Origin: Candidatus Sericytochromatia bacterium
Lineage (GTDB): Bacteria; Cyanobacteriota; Sericytochromatia; S15B-MN24; UBA4093
Direction of reading: 5' to 3'
Assembly (NCBI GenBank): GCA_036676985.1
Contig: JAKFBU010000026.1
Coordinates: 96,001-160,000, forward strand
DNA: 64,000 nucleotides
The position numbers and the translations under genes were made by a program. Each line of letters starts with the position of its first letter. Position 1 is the first letter of the stretch. Positions 53,005 to 64,000 of the stretch are shown in pieces. Under the pieces are notes generated by a model that made no database searches, had not been told where the DNA came from, and worked only from the letters and a program-made list of their open reading frames with translations.

Positions 53005-54429
53005 CTAGCGAGATGCAGGAAGCAGGCGTTTGAACCCGCTCCGCGGGACGCGGCCCCACCATGCCGCCAACTTGCGCGCGAGGCGCAGGTTGTGGCGGCA
53101 TGCGGGGTCATCCCTCAGGAGCCTCCGGGCGCGCCGGAGGGCGGCGACGGCGTCGGACGCCAGCCCGAGCCGGGCCTGGAGGGTGCCCAGGTTGAACCAG
53201 GCGCTTCCGTCGTCCGGGGCGATCGCCACGAGCTCCCGGTAGACGACGAGGGCTTCGTAGGGGCGTCCCGCGTCTGCGAGCAGCCGAGCGAGGTTGTAGC
53301 GCGCCTCCCGATGGATCGGGTCGAGCCGGACGACCGTCCGGTACGCCGTTTCGGCCAGCGGCGAGCCCGCCAGGTGCCATGCGAGCCCCAGGTTGTAGAC
53401 CATCCGCGGGGTCGGGGCCTGGCGGTAGGCGGCGAGCATGGTCTCGGTGCCGAGCGCGACCTCTCCCGCCTGCACGAGCCGGATGGCGTGCAGGCAGCAC
53501 TCGACGGCCGCCATGGGCCCGTTGCCCGGCGTCAGCGGCTGGAAGCGCGCGAGCGGCTTCTCCTCCTGCCAGCCGGCTGGGACCTCCCGGCGCTGCCAGA
53601 GGACGCCCGCCACCAGGGTGAAGAACATGCCCATGGCCCCGTAAAAGGCCATGTGCTTCCAGGGCAGCGGCTCGGGCGCGGGCGGCCGCACGGGGACAAG
53701 CGGCACCGGGCTCATCGCGCCGCGCGGCGTCACTGGCTCGGGGCGCACGACCTCGGGCCGCCTGGGGGCGCCCGGGGGCGCGGTAACGACCGTGGGCGGG
53801 GCCAGTCGCTTGGCCGCGACCTTGGGGGCTATTGCCGGCACGGGAGCTTGACGGGGGCGTTCTGTCGGCCGCACGGCTCGGGGGCGGGGCGGCTGCGCGG
53901 GCGCCTTGGGGGCCGGGCGTGCGGCGACGTTCGGGGCGCGCAGGGCTCCCAGCGGGACATGACGCACGGTCGCGAGGTCGGCAACCACGCGGACCGTCCG
54001 CGTGCCGTCCCGGTAGCCGGGGCGCCGCAGCACCACCCGGTGGTCGCCGGGCGCGACGCGGCGCAGGTGCAGGGGCGTCCGTCCCACCGGCCGGCCGTCC
54101 AGGAGCACCTGGGCACCGGCGGGCTCGCTCGTGACGCGCAGCTCGCCGGAAGCCCCCAGTCGCCGCAGCTGGAGCTGACGCCGCGTCGTGAGATCCGGCA
54201 GCACCTGGACCGTCAGGTGCCCCGACTGGTAGCCCTCGCGGCGCACCACCACCTCGTGCGATCCGTCGGGGATCTCCGCTGCCAAGAGCGGCGTCCGGCC
54301 CAGGACGCGGCCGTCCAGGACGACCTCGGCGCCGGACGGCTCGGATTCGAGGAGGAGCTGGCCGTTGCCGTAGGCCGGCGTCGCGATGAGGAGGAGGAGG
54401 AGCGCCGCGAGGGCGCTAGAGCGTGCCAA
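53005..54429 (-). CDS. Signal peptide-PEGA x2-Pro linker-TM-TPR protein
   Basis: SEPSGAEVVLDG..LGRTP and SEPAGAQVLLDG..VGRTP; YNLG/YNLA/FNLG TPRs. Confidence 0.82.
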   Translation of the reverse strand: MARSSALAALLLLLIATPAYGNGQLLLESEPSGAEVVLDGRVLGRTPLLAAEIPDGSHEVVVRREGYQSGHLTVQVLPDLTTRRQLQLRRLGASGELRVTSEPAGAQVLLDGRPVGRTPLHLRRVAPGDHRVVLRRPGYRDGTRTVRVVADLATVRHVPLGALRAPNVAARPAPKAPAQPPRPRAVRPTERPRQAPVPAIAPKVAAKRLAPPTVVTAPPGAPRRPEVVRPEPVTPRGAMSPVPLVPVRPPAPEPLPWKHMAFYGAMGMFFTLVAGVLWQRREVPAGWQEEKPLARFQPLTPGNGPMAAVECCLHAIRLVQAGEVALGTETMLAAYRQAPTPRMVYNLGLAWHLAGSPLAETAYRTVVRLDPIHREARYNLARLLADAGRPYEALVVYRELVAIAPDDGSAWFNLGTLQARLGLASDAVAALRRARRLLRDDPACRHNLRLARKLAAWWGRVPRSGFKRLLPASR

Positions 54430-55228
54430 CGAAGTACCCTCGACGAATGCTCTCGGTGCTCGCCGTGATCCGCCCCTCGGCCGTCCGGCCGTTGGCCGAG
54501 ACCCGGGTGACGCGGAGCTTGGCGATCTTGATGGGCCCCCCTGCGCGGTAGTAGACGACGAGGGTGTCGCCTGGCCGGACCCGGTAGGGCAGATCGTCCA
54601 CGGCCACGTACACCATGTCCCCCGAACGCTCGATCACCGAGCCGACCTTGGTGAAGAGCCCCTCGGGCAAGGGCGGCTTCTCGAAGCTGGGGGGTGCTGC
54701 CGCGCGATCGGGCAGGCGGGTGCTCAGCCCCAGGCTGAGGCCGAGCGCCAGGTAGCGGATGTCGTGGAGCAGGCCGCCCTGGGCCTCCATGCGCAGGCTG
54801 TAGGTCTCGTGGATCCGGTAGCCGAAGCCGAGGGCGCCCGTGGGCCCGAGGCCCGCCTGCGGGCCACCGGGACCTCCGAACAGGGTCATGGCGCTGGCGC
54901 CCGCTCCCCAACTCAGAAAGGGCATCCATGCGGCGCCCGGAGGTCCCACGGGGATCTCCTGGCGCAGCATGAGGGGCACGATGGCGAGCCCGTAGGCCGC
55001 GCTGCCCCACTCCTTGCGCAGGAAGGTTCCCTCGAGCGAGAGGCTCCAGCCCGGGTGCAGGCTCAGCTCGGCCGCGCCGCCAAAGCGGGCGCCGTCGGGA
55101 AAGAGCCTGCCGACCGAGCCGGACAGGTAGGCCGGGGCGGATAGGCGCACCGTCAGGGACGGCGCCGCCTCGGCGGGAAGGGCCACGAGCCCCGCCAACA
55201 GGACGGGAAGCATGCCGCGAACTCGCAT
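54416..55228 (-). CDS. Exported protein with a beta-barrel-like N-part and a small C-terminal beta domain
   Basis: Signal peptide, alternating beta strands, C-terminal VRPGDTLVVY...IAKLRVTRV. Confidence 0.6.
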   Translation of the reverse strand: MRVRGMLPVLLAGLVALPAEAAPSLTVRLSAPAYLSGSVGRLFPDGARFGGAAELSLHPGWSLSLEGTFLRKEWGSAAYGLAIVPLMLRQEIPVGPPGAAWMPFLSWGAGASAMTLFGGPGGPQAGLGPTGALGFGYRIHETYSLRMEAQGGLLHDIRYLALGLSLGLSTRLPDRAAAPPSFEKPPLPEGLFTKVGSVIERSGDMVYVAVDDLPYRVRPGDTLVVYYRAGGPIKIAKLRVTRVSANGRTAEGRITASTESIRRGYFVGTL

Positions 55229-55237
55229 GAGCGCCTC

Positions 55238-55552
55238 CTAGCGTGCCGGGAACGGGTACCCGTCGAGCTCCTCCGCGTCGTCCTCGACGAACGCGCGTCG
55301 GGGCGGCCGGGTCGGCTTCGGGGTGGGCCGCGGCGACGCGGTCGGCGTGGGCCTCGGAGTCACGGTCGGACTGGGACGGGGAGTGGGTTCGACCGGTGCG
55401 ATGCTCGGTTGTGCCCCGGGGGCTGGGAGTCGGGCTTGTCGCTGGGGGGGCTCGGGTAGCTCCTTGAGGTTACCGCAGCCTGGTCCCAGGGTGGCGAGCG
55501 AGAGGGCGACGATCGAAAGGGCCGCCGGGAACGGCCTTTTGAGTGTCCTCAT
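55238..55552 (-). CDS. Pro-rich putative lipoprotein
   Basis: Hydrophobic N-terminus ending GPG-C; (PT/PR)n linker; acidic tail. Confidence 0.55.
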   Translation of the reverse strand: MRTLKRPFPAALSIVALSLATLGPGCGNLKELPEPPQRQARLPAPGAQPSIAPVEPTPRPSPTVTPRPTPTASPRPTPKPTRPPRRAFVEDDAEELDGYPFPAR

Positions 55553-55680
55553 TGGCTTCATCGTAACAAGCCCGCACCGGCGTGGGGTGGTCGCCGCCCA
55601 CAAAGGGTTTTGGCCGATCCGGCGACTAAGAACGGCTAGAATGGAGCCGTCACCTGGTCGATCAAGCGATCGGAGGGCCC

Positions 55681-56355
55681 ATGGGTAGGCATCTTGGCGT
55701 TCAGGTCGTGATGGGCCTCGCGTGCCTGGCCATGGCCCTCTTTTGGCAGAGCGTCTGGGTCTACCCCCTGCTCTGGGCGGCCGCCGGGCTCATGGGGGTC
55801 GTGGGGCGCGATCGCCTCGATCTGGGCTTCTACGCCATCGGGTTGACGGCCGGGGCGAGCATCGACGTGGCCCAGTCGGGCACGGGCGTGACGGCCTACG
55901 CCGCCCCGGCCCAGCTCCTCTTCCTGCCGCTCTTCGTCTTCTTCTACTGGGGGCTGGCGTTCGTGGCCGTGCGCCACCTGGCGGCGCTGCTGCCGCCCCG
56001 GGCGTTCCACGTCTCCGACGCGGGGCTGCTCGCGGGGGCCGTCGGGCTATCCTTGCTCGCGAACCAGGCGCCGGAAGGCGTGGCGCTCGCCATGCTGGCG
56101 CTATTGGTCGTGCGCCTCGCTTGGCTGCGGCGGCGCTCCGACCTGGTGGCGGCCGTGGCGGGGATGATCGTGGGGCCCGGCACCGAGAGCCTGCTCTTGA
56201 TGCATGGGCTCTACCACTTCCCGAGCGCGCACGGGGCGCTGGTGCCCGCGTGGCTCGTGGTCCTCTACGCGTGCGTCGGCGTGGCCGCCCCGGGGCTCGT
56301 TGGTTGGGCGTCGCAGGAGCTGTCGCGCGCCATGGCCAGGCGCGCGCCGGCCTAG
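55681..56355 (+). CDS. Multi-pass membrane protein
   Basis: Several hydrophobic helices; GGAGG RBS. Confidence 0.65.
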   Translation: MGRHLGVQVVMGLACLAMALFWQSVWVYPLLWAAAGLMGVVGRDRLDLGFYAIGLTAGASIDVAQSGTGVTAYAAPAQLLFLPLFVFFYWGLAFVAVRHLAALLPPRAFHVSDAGLLAGAVGLSLLANQAPEGVALAMLALLVVRLAWLRRRSDLVAAVAGMIVGPGTESLLLMHGLYHFPSAHGALVPAWLVVLYACVGVAAPGLVGWASQELSRAMARRAPA

Positions 56356-56543
56356 GACTTGGGCACGGCGGCGAGGAAGGCCACCCGCACCTCGGGCTTC
56401 CATTCGGTCGTTTTCTGCGGGTAGTGGAGCTCGCACTCGATGTCCTCCTGCGTGAGGTGGAAGTCGAGCGGGCGCTCCTCGCGGGCCGTGAGGCCCAGGT
56501 GCCCGAACAACCGGTTGACTCGCTTGATAAGTTTCATGGCCAC
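56352..56543 (-). CDS. Small hypothetical protein
   Basis: GGGAGG RBS directly after tetR. Confidence 0.5.
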   Translation of the reverse strand: MAMKLIKRVNRLFGHLGLTAREERPLDFHLTQEDIECELHYPQKTTEWKPEVRVAFLAAVPKS

Positions 56544-56548
56544 CTCCC

Positions 56549-57151
56549 TTAAGGTCGCAAGTAGCTCAACAGGGCCTTCACACAGTGGTCCCGGTAGGGG
56601 CCGAAGGCCTCGGGGTTATCCTCGAAGAGAACCTGGATGCTCATGCCGTCGATGAGGGCCCGGCTGACCTCGGCGGCCTCGGTCAGATCCACCGGGCGAA
56701 ACACGCCCTGCCGGATGCCCTCGGTGACGATGGCGTGGTTGAGCTCCCGGCAGTGGGCGTAGAAGGCCGTGTTGATCCGGCCAAACGCCGCATGCCGGGC
56801 GCCCAGGCTCAGGAAGTCCAGGTAGATGGTGTAGAAGCCCTTGAGGTCGCGCACGTCCGTGAAGACGCTGTCGACCACGGCCTCGACCGCGGAGACGGGG
56901 TCCGGGGCTGCCGCCACGCGCGCCCTGAGCCGGGCGCTGATCCGCGCGATCAGCCAGTCCCAGCAGGCGAGGAAGATCTCCTCCTTGGTGCGGAAGTAGT
57001 AGACGGTCACGCCCTTGCTCACGCCGGCGCGCTGGGCGATGTCCTCCAGCGTGACGTCCTTGTAGGGCTTGTCGAGCAGCACCTGGTAGGTCGCCTTCAG
57101 GAGGGCTTCGCGGCGCTCGGCTTGCTGTTCGGGAACGACCTTGCGGGCCAT
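56549..57151 (-). CDS. TetR family regulator (BetI-like C-terminus)
   Basis: TLEDIAQRAGVSKG..VYYFRTKEEI. Confidence 0.93.
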   Translation of the reverse strand: MARKVVPEQQAERREALLKATYQVLLDKPYKDVTLEDIAQRAGVSKGVTVYYFRTKEEIFLACWDWLIARISARLRARVAAAPDPVSAVEAVVDSVFTDVRDLKGFYTIYLDFLSLGARHAAFGRINTAFYAHCRELNHAIVTEGIRQGVFRPVDLTEAAEVSRALIDGMSIQVLFEDNPEAFGPYRDHCVKALLSYLRP

Positions 57152-57245
57152 GGGACACCTCTTTATCTGACCGTATAGATAGTTTATTCCATGGGCCGGC
57201 CCTGTCAAGCGTAGTCGCAACGGAGTTTCCTGATAGAGTAGGGGC

Positions 57246-57758
57246 ATGGCGGAGCGCATTTGGCTGGACGGCATGCTCACCCTCGAGGACCTCGTCCGGG
57301 CGGACCTGGACGTCCTGTTCGTGGGCTACAACCCCAACCCGCTCGCGGTGGAGGCGGGTCACTACTACTACCGCCGCGCCAACCGGTTCTGGGAGGACCT
57401 CCACGAGTCGGGCCTGGTGCCGCGGGTGCTGCGCGGTCCCGGCGAGGACCGCGAGCTGTTGCGCTACGGCCTGGGCGTCACGGACGTCATCAAGCGCCCC
57501 ACCCCCACCATCGACGGGCTGACGGCCGAGGACTTCCGGGCGGGCTTCCGGCGCCTCGACGGCCTCCTGCACCAGTATCGGCCCCGCATCCTCTGCTTCA
57601 ACGGGCTGGGGTTGCGCGATCGCTACGCCCGCCTCGGCCACCCGCCGGAGGCCCTCGTAATCCACGCCGTGCCCTCCACGAGCCCGCGCAACAACGGCCT
57701 GAGGGCCCAGCGCCTCGAGGCATTCCGGGCGCTCAAGGCCATGGTGGAGGCACGCTAG
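57246..57758 (+). CDS. mug: Mismatch-specific uracil-DNA glycosylase
   Basis: VLFVGYNP, NRFW, GVTDV, PSTSP. Confidence 0.85.
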   Translation: MAERIWLDGMLTLEDLVRADLDVLFVGYNPNPLAVEAGHYYYRRANRFWEDLHESGLVPRVLRGPGEDRELLRYGLGVTDVIKRPTPTIDGLTAEDFRAGFRRLDGLLHQYRPRILCFNGLGLRDRYARLGHPPEALVIHAVPSTSPRNNGLRAQRLEAFRALKAMVEAR

Positions 57759-57769
57759 GGAGCGAGGCC

Positions 57770-58492
57770 ATGGGCGAGATTCGGATCGGCACCTCGGGCT
57801 GGCACTACGCGCACTGGCGCGGGACGTTCTACCCGGAGGAGCTCGCCCCCTCCGCGTGGCTCGCTCATTATTGGCAAGTCTTCGACACCGTCGAGATCAA
57901 CAACAGCTTCTACCGCCTGCCCGCGGAGAGCACGCTGGCCGCCTGGCGCGAGGCCGTTCCCGAGGGGTTCCTGTTCGCCGCCAAGGCGAGCCGCTACCTC
58001 ACCCACATGAAGAAGCTCCTGGATCCCGAAAGCGCCCTCGACACCTTCCTGCCCCGGATCGAGGTCCTGGGGCCAAGGCTCGGACCCATCCTCTTCCAGC
58101 TGCCGCCCCGCTGGCACCGCAACGTGGAGCGTCTCGCCGCCTTCCTGGAGGTCCTGCCCAGCACCCATCGCTACGCCTTCGAGTTCCGGGATCCGAGCTG
58201 GCACCACCCGGAGGTCTACTCCCTCCTGGAGCGCCACGGCATGGCGTTCTGCGCCTATGACCTGTCCGGCTTCCAGTCGCCGGTGGTGTTGACGGCCGAC
58301 TTCGCCTACGTTCGCCTGCATGGTCCCTCGGCGAGCGCGTACCAGGGCTCTTATGACAGCGCGCAGCTTGCGCGCTGGGCCGAGCGAATCCAAGGCTGGA
58401 GCGAGACCCTCGCGGCCGTTTACGTCTACTTCGACAACGACCAGGCGGCTTATGCGGCCCACAATGCTCGCGCCCTGAAGGCCTTGCTCTAG
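57770..58492 (+). CDS. DUF72 family protein
   Basis: IGTSGWHY, VEINNSFY, LFQLPP, FEFRD, YVRLHG, YFDND. Confidence 0.93.
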   Translation: MGEIRIGTSGWHYAHWRGTFYPEELAPSAWLAHYWQVFDTVEINNSFYRLPAESTLAAWREAVPEGFLFAAKASRYLTHMKKLLDPESALDTFLPRIEVLGPRLGPILFQLPPRWHRNVERLAAFLEVLPSTHRYAFEFRDPSWHHPEVYSLLERHGMAFCAYDLSGFQSPVVLTADFAYVRLHGPSASAYQGSYDSAQLARWAERIQGWSETLAAVYVYFDNDQAAYAAHNARALKALL

Positions 58493-58543
58493 CGGAACGC
58501 TTGTCGATTAAAAAACGCTCATAATCGCCTGATTTTTCGTGCT

Positions 58544-58564
58544 TATTGAGATTGATTAGCAATA
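58544..58564. promoter_or_regulatory. Fur-box-like palindrome
   Basis: TATTGAGATTGATTAGCAATA in an AT-rich intergenic island. Confidence 0.55.
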
Positions 58565-58653
58565 TCAGTAGTTCGATCGCCTTGATTTGGGAGGGACCGT
58601 CCCTTAAAACGAGGGAGGGTTGTGGAGTTACGATCGAGCAAGACGAGAGGCAG

Positions 58654-59487
58654 ATGGTGCAACGCGGTTGGCTGGGGATGATCGGGTGGCTGCTGGTGAC
58701 GGGCCCCGCCTGGGCGGGCAGCGTGGCCATCGAGGATCACGCGCTCTTGGCGCCTGGCGCCTGGCAAATGAACTCCATCTTCAGCCTCTACCCCAACACC
58801 CAGAGCGTCGATGGAGTGAGCGTCTCGGCCCTCGGGCCCGAGGAGTCCTCGTGGCTGGGGCAGTTCGCCCAGGAGTTTCGGTACGGCCTGACGGATCGCC
58901 TCATGATCCGCTCGACCGTTCCCATGAGCCTCTTGCGGGCAGGCACGGGCGATGTGAGCGCTGGGGTGGGCGACTTGGAGGTCTTCCTAAAGGCCGGACT
59001 GCTGACCGACACACCGGTCTGCGCGTCAGTCGGCTTGCAGCTCATGGTGCCGACCGGCCGGCCGGAGGCCTTCAGCGTCAACGGGAGCGTCAACCTCGTG
59101 CCGAGCCTCATGCTCAACGCCGCCGTCGGGCCCGGCGACCTTACGGCGAGCCTGGGCTACGCCCATGCGCTGGGCTATCGGGCCGAGGGCAAATTCGTTC
59201 AGCCCTCCGATGCGCTCTGCCTCGCGCTCGGCTACGGCCTGGATCTCGGGTCCGGCTGGTGCGTCGCCTGCGAGGTCCTGGAAACCGAGACGCTGGCGAG
59301 CCAGGTGGACGGCCTTCCCGATGCCACGAGTACCGGCCGTCAACTCAGCGCGGGGCCGGCCGTGACCTGGAGCCTCGACGCAAGCCGGGCCCTGTCAGTC
59401 GCGCTGCAGGCCGCCGTCTGGCGCGAGGGCCGACTCCCCGCCAGCCAGCCCCTCTTCGGCCTGGTCCAGTACTCCTGGGACTTCTGA
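58654..59487 (+). CDS. Putative outer-membrane beta-barrel transporter
   Basis: Signal peptide, FRYGLTD, GVGDLE, VPTG, C-terminal YSWDF. Confidence 0.65.
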   Translation: MVQRGWLGMIGWLLVTGPAWAGSVAIEDHALLAPGAWQMNSIFSLYPNTQSVDGVSVSALGPEESSWLGQFAQEFRYGLTDRLMIRSTVPMSLLRAGTGDVSAGVGDLEVFLKAGLLTDTPVCASVGLQLMVPTGRPEAFSVNGSVNLVPSLMLNAAVGPGDLTASLGYAHALGYRAEGKFVQPSDALCLALGYGLDLGSGWCVACEVLETETLASQVDGLPDATSTGRQLSAGPAVTWSLDASRALSVALQAAVWREGRLPASQPLFGLVQYSWDF

Positions 59488-59958
59488 TCCGCCCGCGAAC
59501 AGGGGGGACGTGTCCGGCTGCCGGACGTAGACGATGGCGTCCATCCCCTCGTCGAGCGTGGGCGGATGGAGCCGCAGCTTGTGGGCCATGTGCCGGATGA
59601 CCGCGGGATCCACGGGCTTGGCGCGGGTCGCGTTGCGGGCGATGCAGGTCTCGGGCCCCACGTCGTAGACCTGGACCTCGACATGGTAGCCGAGGCACTT
59701 GAGCAGCTGGATGAGGCGGCGGCGGTAGCGGCGCACGGCATTGGTGTCCGAGATGACGAGGTCGCGCCCCTCGGCAGCGGCCTGGCGGATGCGCTGGGCG
59801 TGACGGCGGCTCACGAGGCCTTCGTGCTCGAAGTTCACGTAGGAGCCCGTCAGCTCGCGGCGCAGGTTGTCCCGGTTGACCTCGACCGCGTCCGCACGGA
59901 CCGTGGCCGCGGTGCTCTTGCCGCACCCGGGGATGCCGACCATCACGATTGCCTGCAC
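59395..59958 (-). CDS. AAA_33 / polynucleotide-kinase-like P-loop protein
   Basis: MVGIPGCGKST, NRDNLR, SDTN, CIARN; GGAGGT RBS. Confidence 0.82.
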   Translation of the reverse strand: MQAIVMVGIPGCGKSTAATVRADAVEVNRDNLRRELTGSYVNFEHEGLVSRRHAQRIRQAAAEGRDLVISDTNAVRRYRRRLIQLLKCLGYHVEVQVYDVGPETCIARNATRAKPVDPAVIRHMAHKLRLHPPTLDEGMDAIVYVRQPDTSPLFAGGSEVPGVLDQAEEGLAGGESALAPDGGLQRD

Positions 59959-60143
59959 GTCGCCACCTCCGCGCCCAGCTTAGGCCGTCCCGGGCCCCGG
60001 TACAAGCGGCCGAGCGGCCCAAATGCCTCGCTCAACTGGTCGCGCAAGGGATCTTTGGCCGCGACGACGCATGCCGTGACCCGGGAGAATTGCTAGGGTT
60101 AGCCTATCAATCGCCTGCCCTTGCTTAACAAGAGAGGTCCCCC

Positions 60144-60911
60144 ATGCGATACATGGCGCCTGTTCTTCTGGGTGTGGCAATCGCCGGCTGCGCCCATCCG
60201 ACCCGCTTCGCCATTCTCGCCCCCGATCCGGCGAGCCGCTATCCCGACCTCATGCCCTTGCCGCCAGCCTCGCTGTACCTCAAGCCCAACGGCCAGGACA
60301 TCGAGCTGCGTTTCAGCAACACGATCGCGAACGTCGGTGGCGGTCCTTTGCGCCTCACGGCACGGGTGCAGGGCGGTCGTTCGATCGCGACCCAGGAGAT
60401 CGTCGACGGCGCGGGCAACGTCCTGGCCACCCAGTACGGAGGTTCTTTCGAGTACCACCCCACGCACCATCACACCCATGTGGACAACATCGCGCTGTAC
60501 GAGCTGCGGCGGGGCGACCGGAACGGCCCGGTGGTCGGGCAGTCCAAGAAGGTCAGCTACTGCATGGAGGATTCGATCCAGTACGGCAGCCAGTGGTCGC
60601 CGCGCGACTATGCCAAGTGCACGCCGACGCTGCAGGGCATCTCCGCCGGCTGGGCGGACGTCTACGGCGCGGACGTGCCGGACCAGTTCCTGTCGGTCGC
60701 GGGCCTGCCGGCCGGGCAGTACACGCTCATGACCACGGTGGATCCGAGCCGCAAGTTCCTGGACTCGAACGTCGGCAACAACACGTCCTGGGTGCAGATC
60801 TACCTGGATACCAACAACTGGCGGGTCCAGCGCGTGGACGAGTCCATGCGGGCGCCGGCCTCGGTGACGGGTGAGGGCCAGTACTGGCGACCGTTCTGGC
60901 AGGGGGTGTAG
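60144..60911 (+). CDS. Lysyl-oxidase-domain lipoprotein
   Basis: IAG-C lipobox; FEYHPTHHHTH, KVSYCMED, QGISAGWADVY, VDP, NN. Confidence 0.85.
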   Translation: MRYMAPVLLGVAIAGCAHPTRFAILAPDPASRYPDLMPLPPASLYLKPNGQDIELRFSNTIANVGGGPLRLTARVQGGRSIATQEIVDGAGNVLATQYGGSFEYHPTHHHTHVDNIALYELRRGDRNGPVVGQSKKVSYCMEDSIQYGSQWSPRDYAKCTPTLQGISAGWADVYGADVPDQFLSVAGLPAGQYTLMTTVDPSRKFLDSNVGNNTSWVQIYLDTNNWRVQRVDESMRAPASVTGEGQYWRPFWQGV

Positions 60912-60937
60912 GGAGGACGGCTCGGCCCCCTACGCGC

Positions 60938-61650
60938 ATGCTACACTTCGGTATGCCGAAACGAGAGACTGTGAACGTTCCTAGCGTCACGGAGATCCTG
61001 GCCGATCTGGTGGCCAAGGGCTCGGAGACGACGCGCAAGATTTACGTGAAGCAAGGGGCCGGCGCCCAGATCATGGGCGTCAAGATGGGCGACCTGCGGG
61101 CGTTGGCCAAGCCCCTCAAGAAGCAGCATGCCCTGGCCCTCGAGCTCTGGGAAACGGGCTGGTTCGAGGCGCGGGTCCTGGCGACCTTGCTGCTGGATCC
61201 GAAGCTGCTCTCGGAAGGCGAGTGCATCCGCCTGGCCGAGAGCTGCGAGTCGTCCGCCATCCTGGACAAGCTGACGGACTATGTCCTGGCGGAGTCGACG
61301 CTGGCCGAGGCCTTGCGGGATCGGTGGCTCGATTCGGACGATCCCTTGCTGGGCCGGGCCGGGTGGAACCTCATGATCGCCGCCGTGCAGGCGGACAAGC
61401 AGGGCGGGCCCGATCTGGAGGCCCTGATGGCCAAGATCGAGGCGGAGCTGCCGGCGGCTCCGCTGCCCAAGAAGGAAGCCATGAACCAGTGCCTGGTGAT
61501 GATCGGGGTGTACCACGCGGCCTACACCGACCAGGCCATCAAGGTCGGCGAGCGGCTGGGCCGCTGGGATGATCGGCCGGTCCCCAAGGGGTGCTACTCC
61601 AGCTATCCGCCGGAGTGGATTCCGGCGGCCATTCGGCTGCGGAAGCGGGG

Positions 61651-61654
<4 letters not shown>
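60938..61654 (+). CDS. DNA alkylation repair (AlkD-like) protein
   Basis: GVKMGDLRALAK, ALELWETG, RAGW, KGCYS; start uncertain. Confidence 0.82.
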
Positions 61655-62430
<776 letters not shown>

Positions 62431-62444
62431 GGCACCACTCCTCC

Positions 62445-63890
<1,446 letters not shown>

Positions 63891-64000
63891 TTCGGGGGGG
63901 TACCTCCTGGGCGGGCGGTTGCAAGCACGAGTGAGACTATACCCGGAATCGGCCAACCTCTTGCAGGCGCGGCGCGGCCAAGGATGGCGGCCGGACCCGA

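Overview
High-GC bacterial chromosomal window, mostly housekeeping and stress genes. No phage, CRISPR, integrase or transposase was recognised. The ribosomal proteins (L27, L35, L20) and GroEL look cyanobacteria-like, there are no photosynthesis genes here, and Firmicutes-style features (CIRCE, L20 leader, SpoVS) are present. This fits a non-photosynthetic relative of Cyanobacteria such as Sericytochromatia (inference). Content in order: degenerate-GTPase EF-G paralog (truncated at the window start), DUF151-like gene, rplU-rpmA, spoVS, a split riboflavin cluster, a lipoprotein/NHL-repeat pair, a cyclophilin/BON/glycogen-debranching block, glycosyltransferases, infC(ATT start)-rpmI-rplT, an M20 hydrolase-histidine kinase-Fur operon, two tandem paralogous peptidoglycan-binding/LysM proteins of unknown function, tRNA-Ser and tRNA-Arg, an ATP-grasp protein, an MCP, perR-trxB-ahpC, groES-groEL with CIRCE, bcp, envelope genes, mug-DUF72, a lysyl-oxidase lipoprotein and an amino-acid ABC transporter. 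The strongest novelty candidate is the 26.1-32.0 kb paralog pair. It has a shared N-terminal domain, an insertion-bearing PG-binding module repeated four times, 11-bp-phased TTAA arrays upstream of both genes and sigma28-like promoters. All functional calls come from reading motifs by eye; no database search was run.
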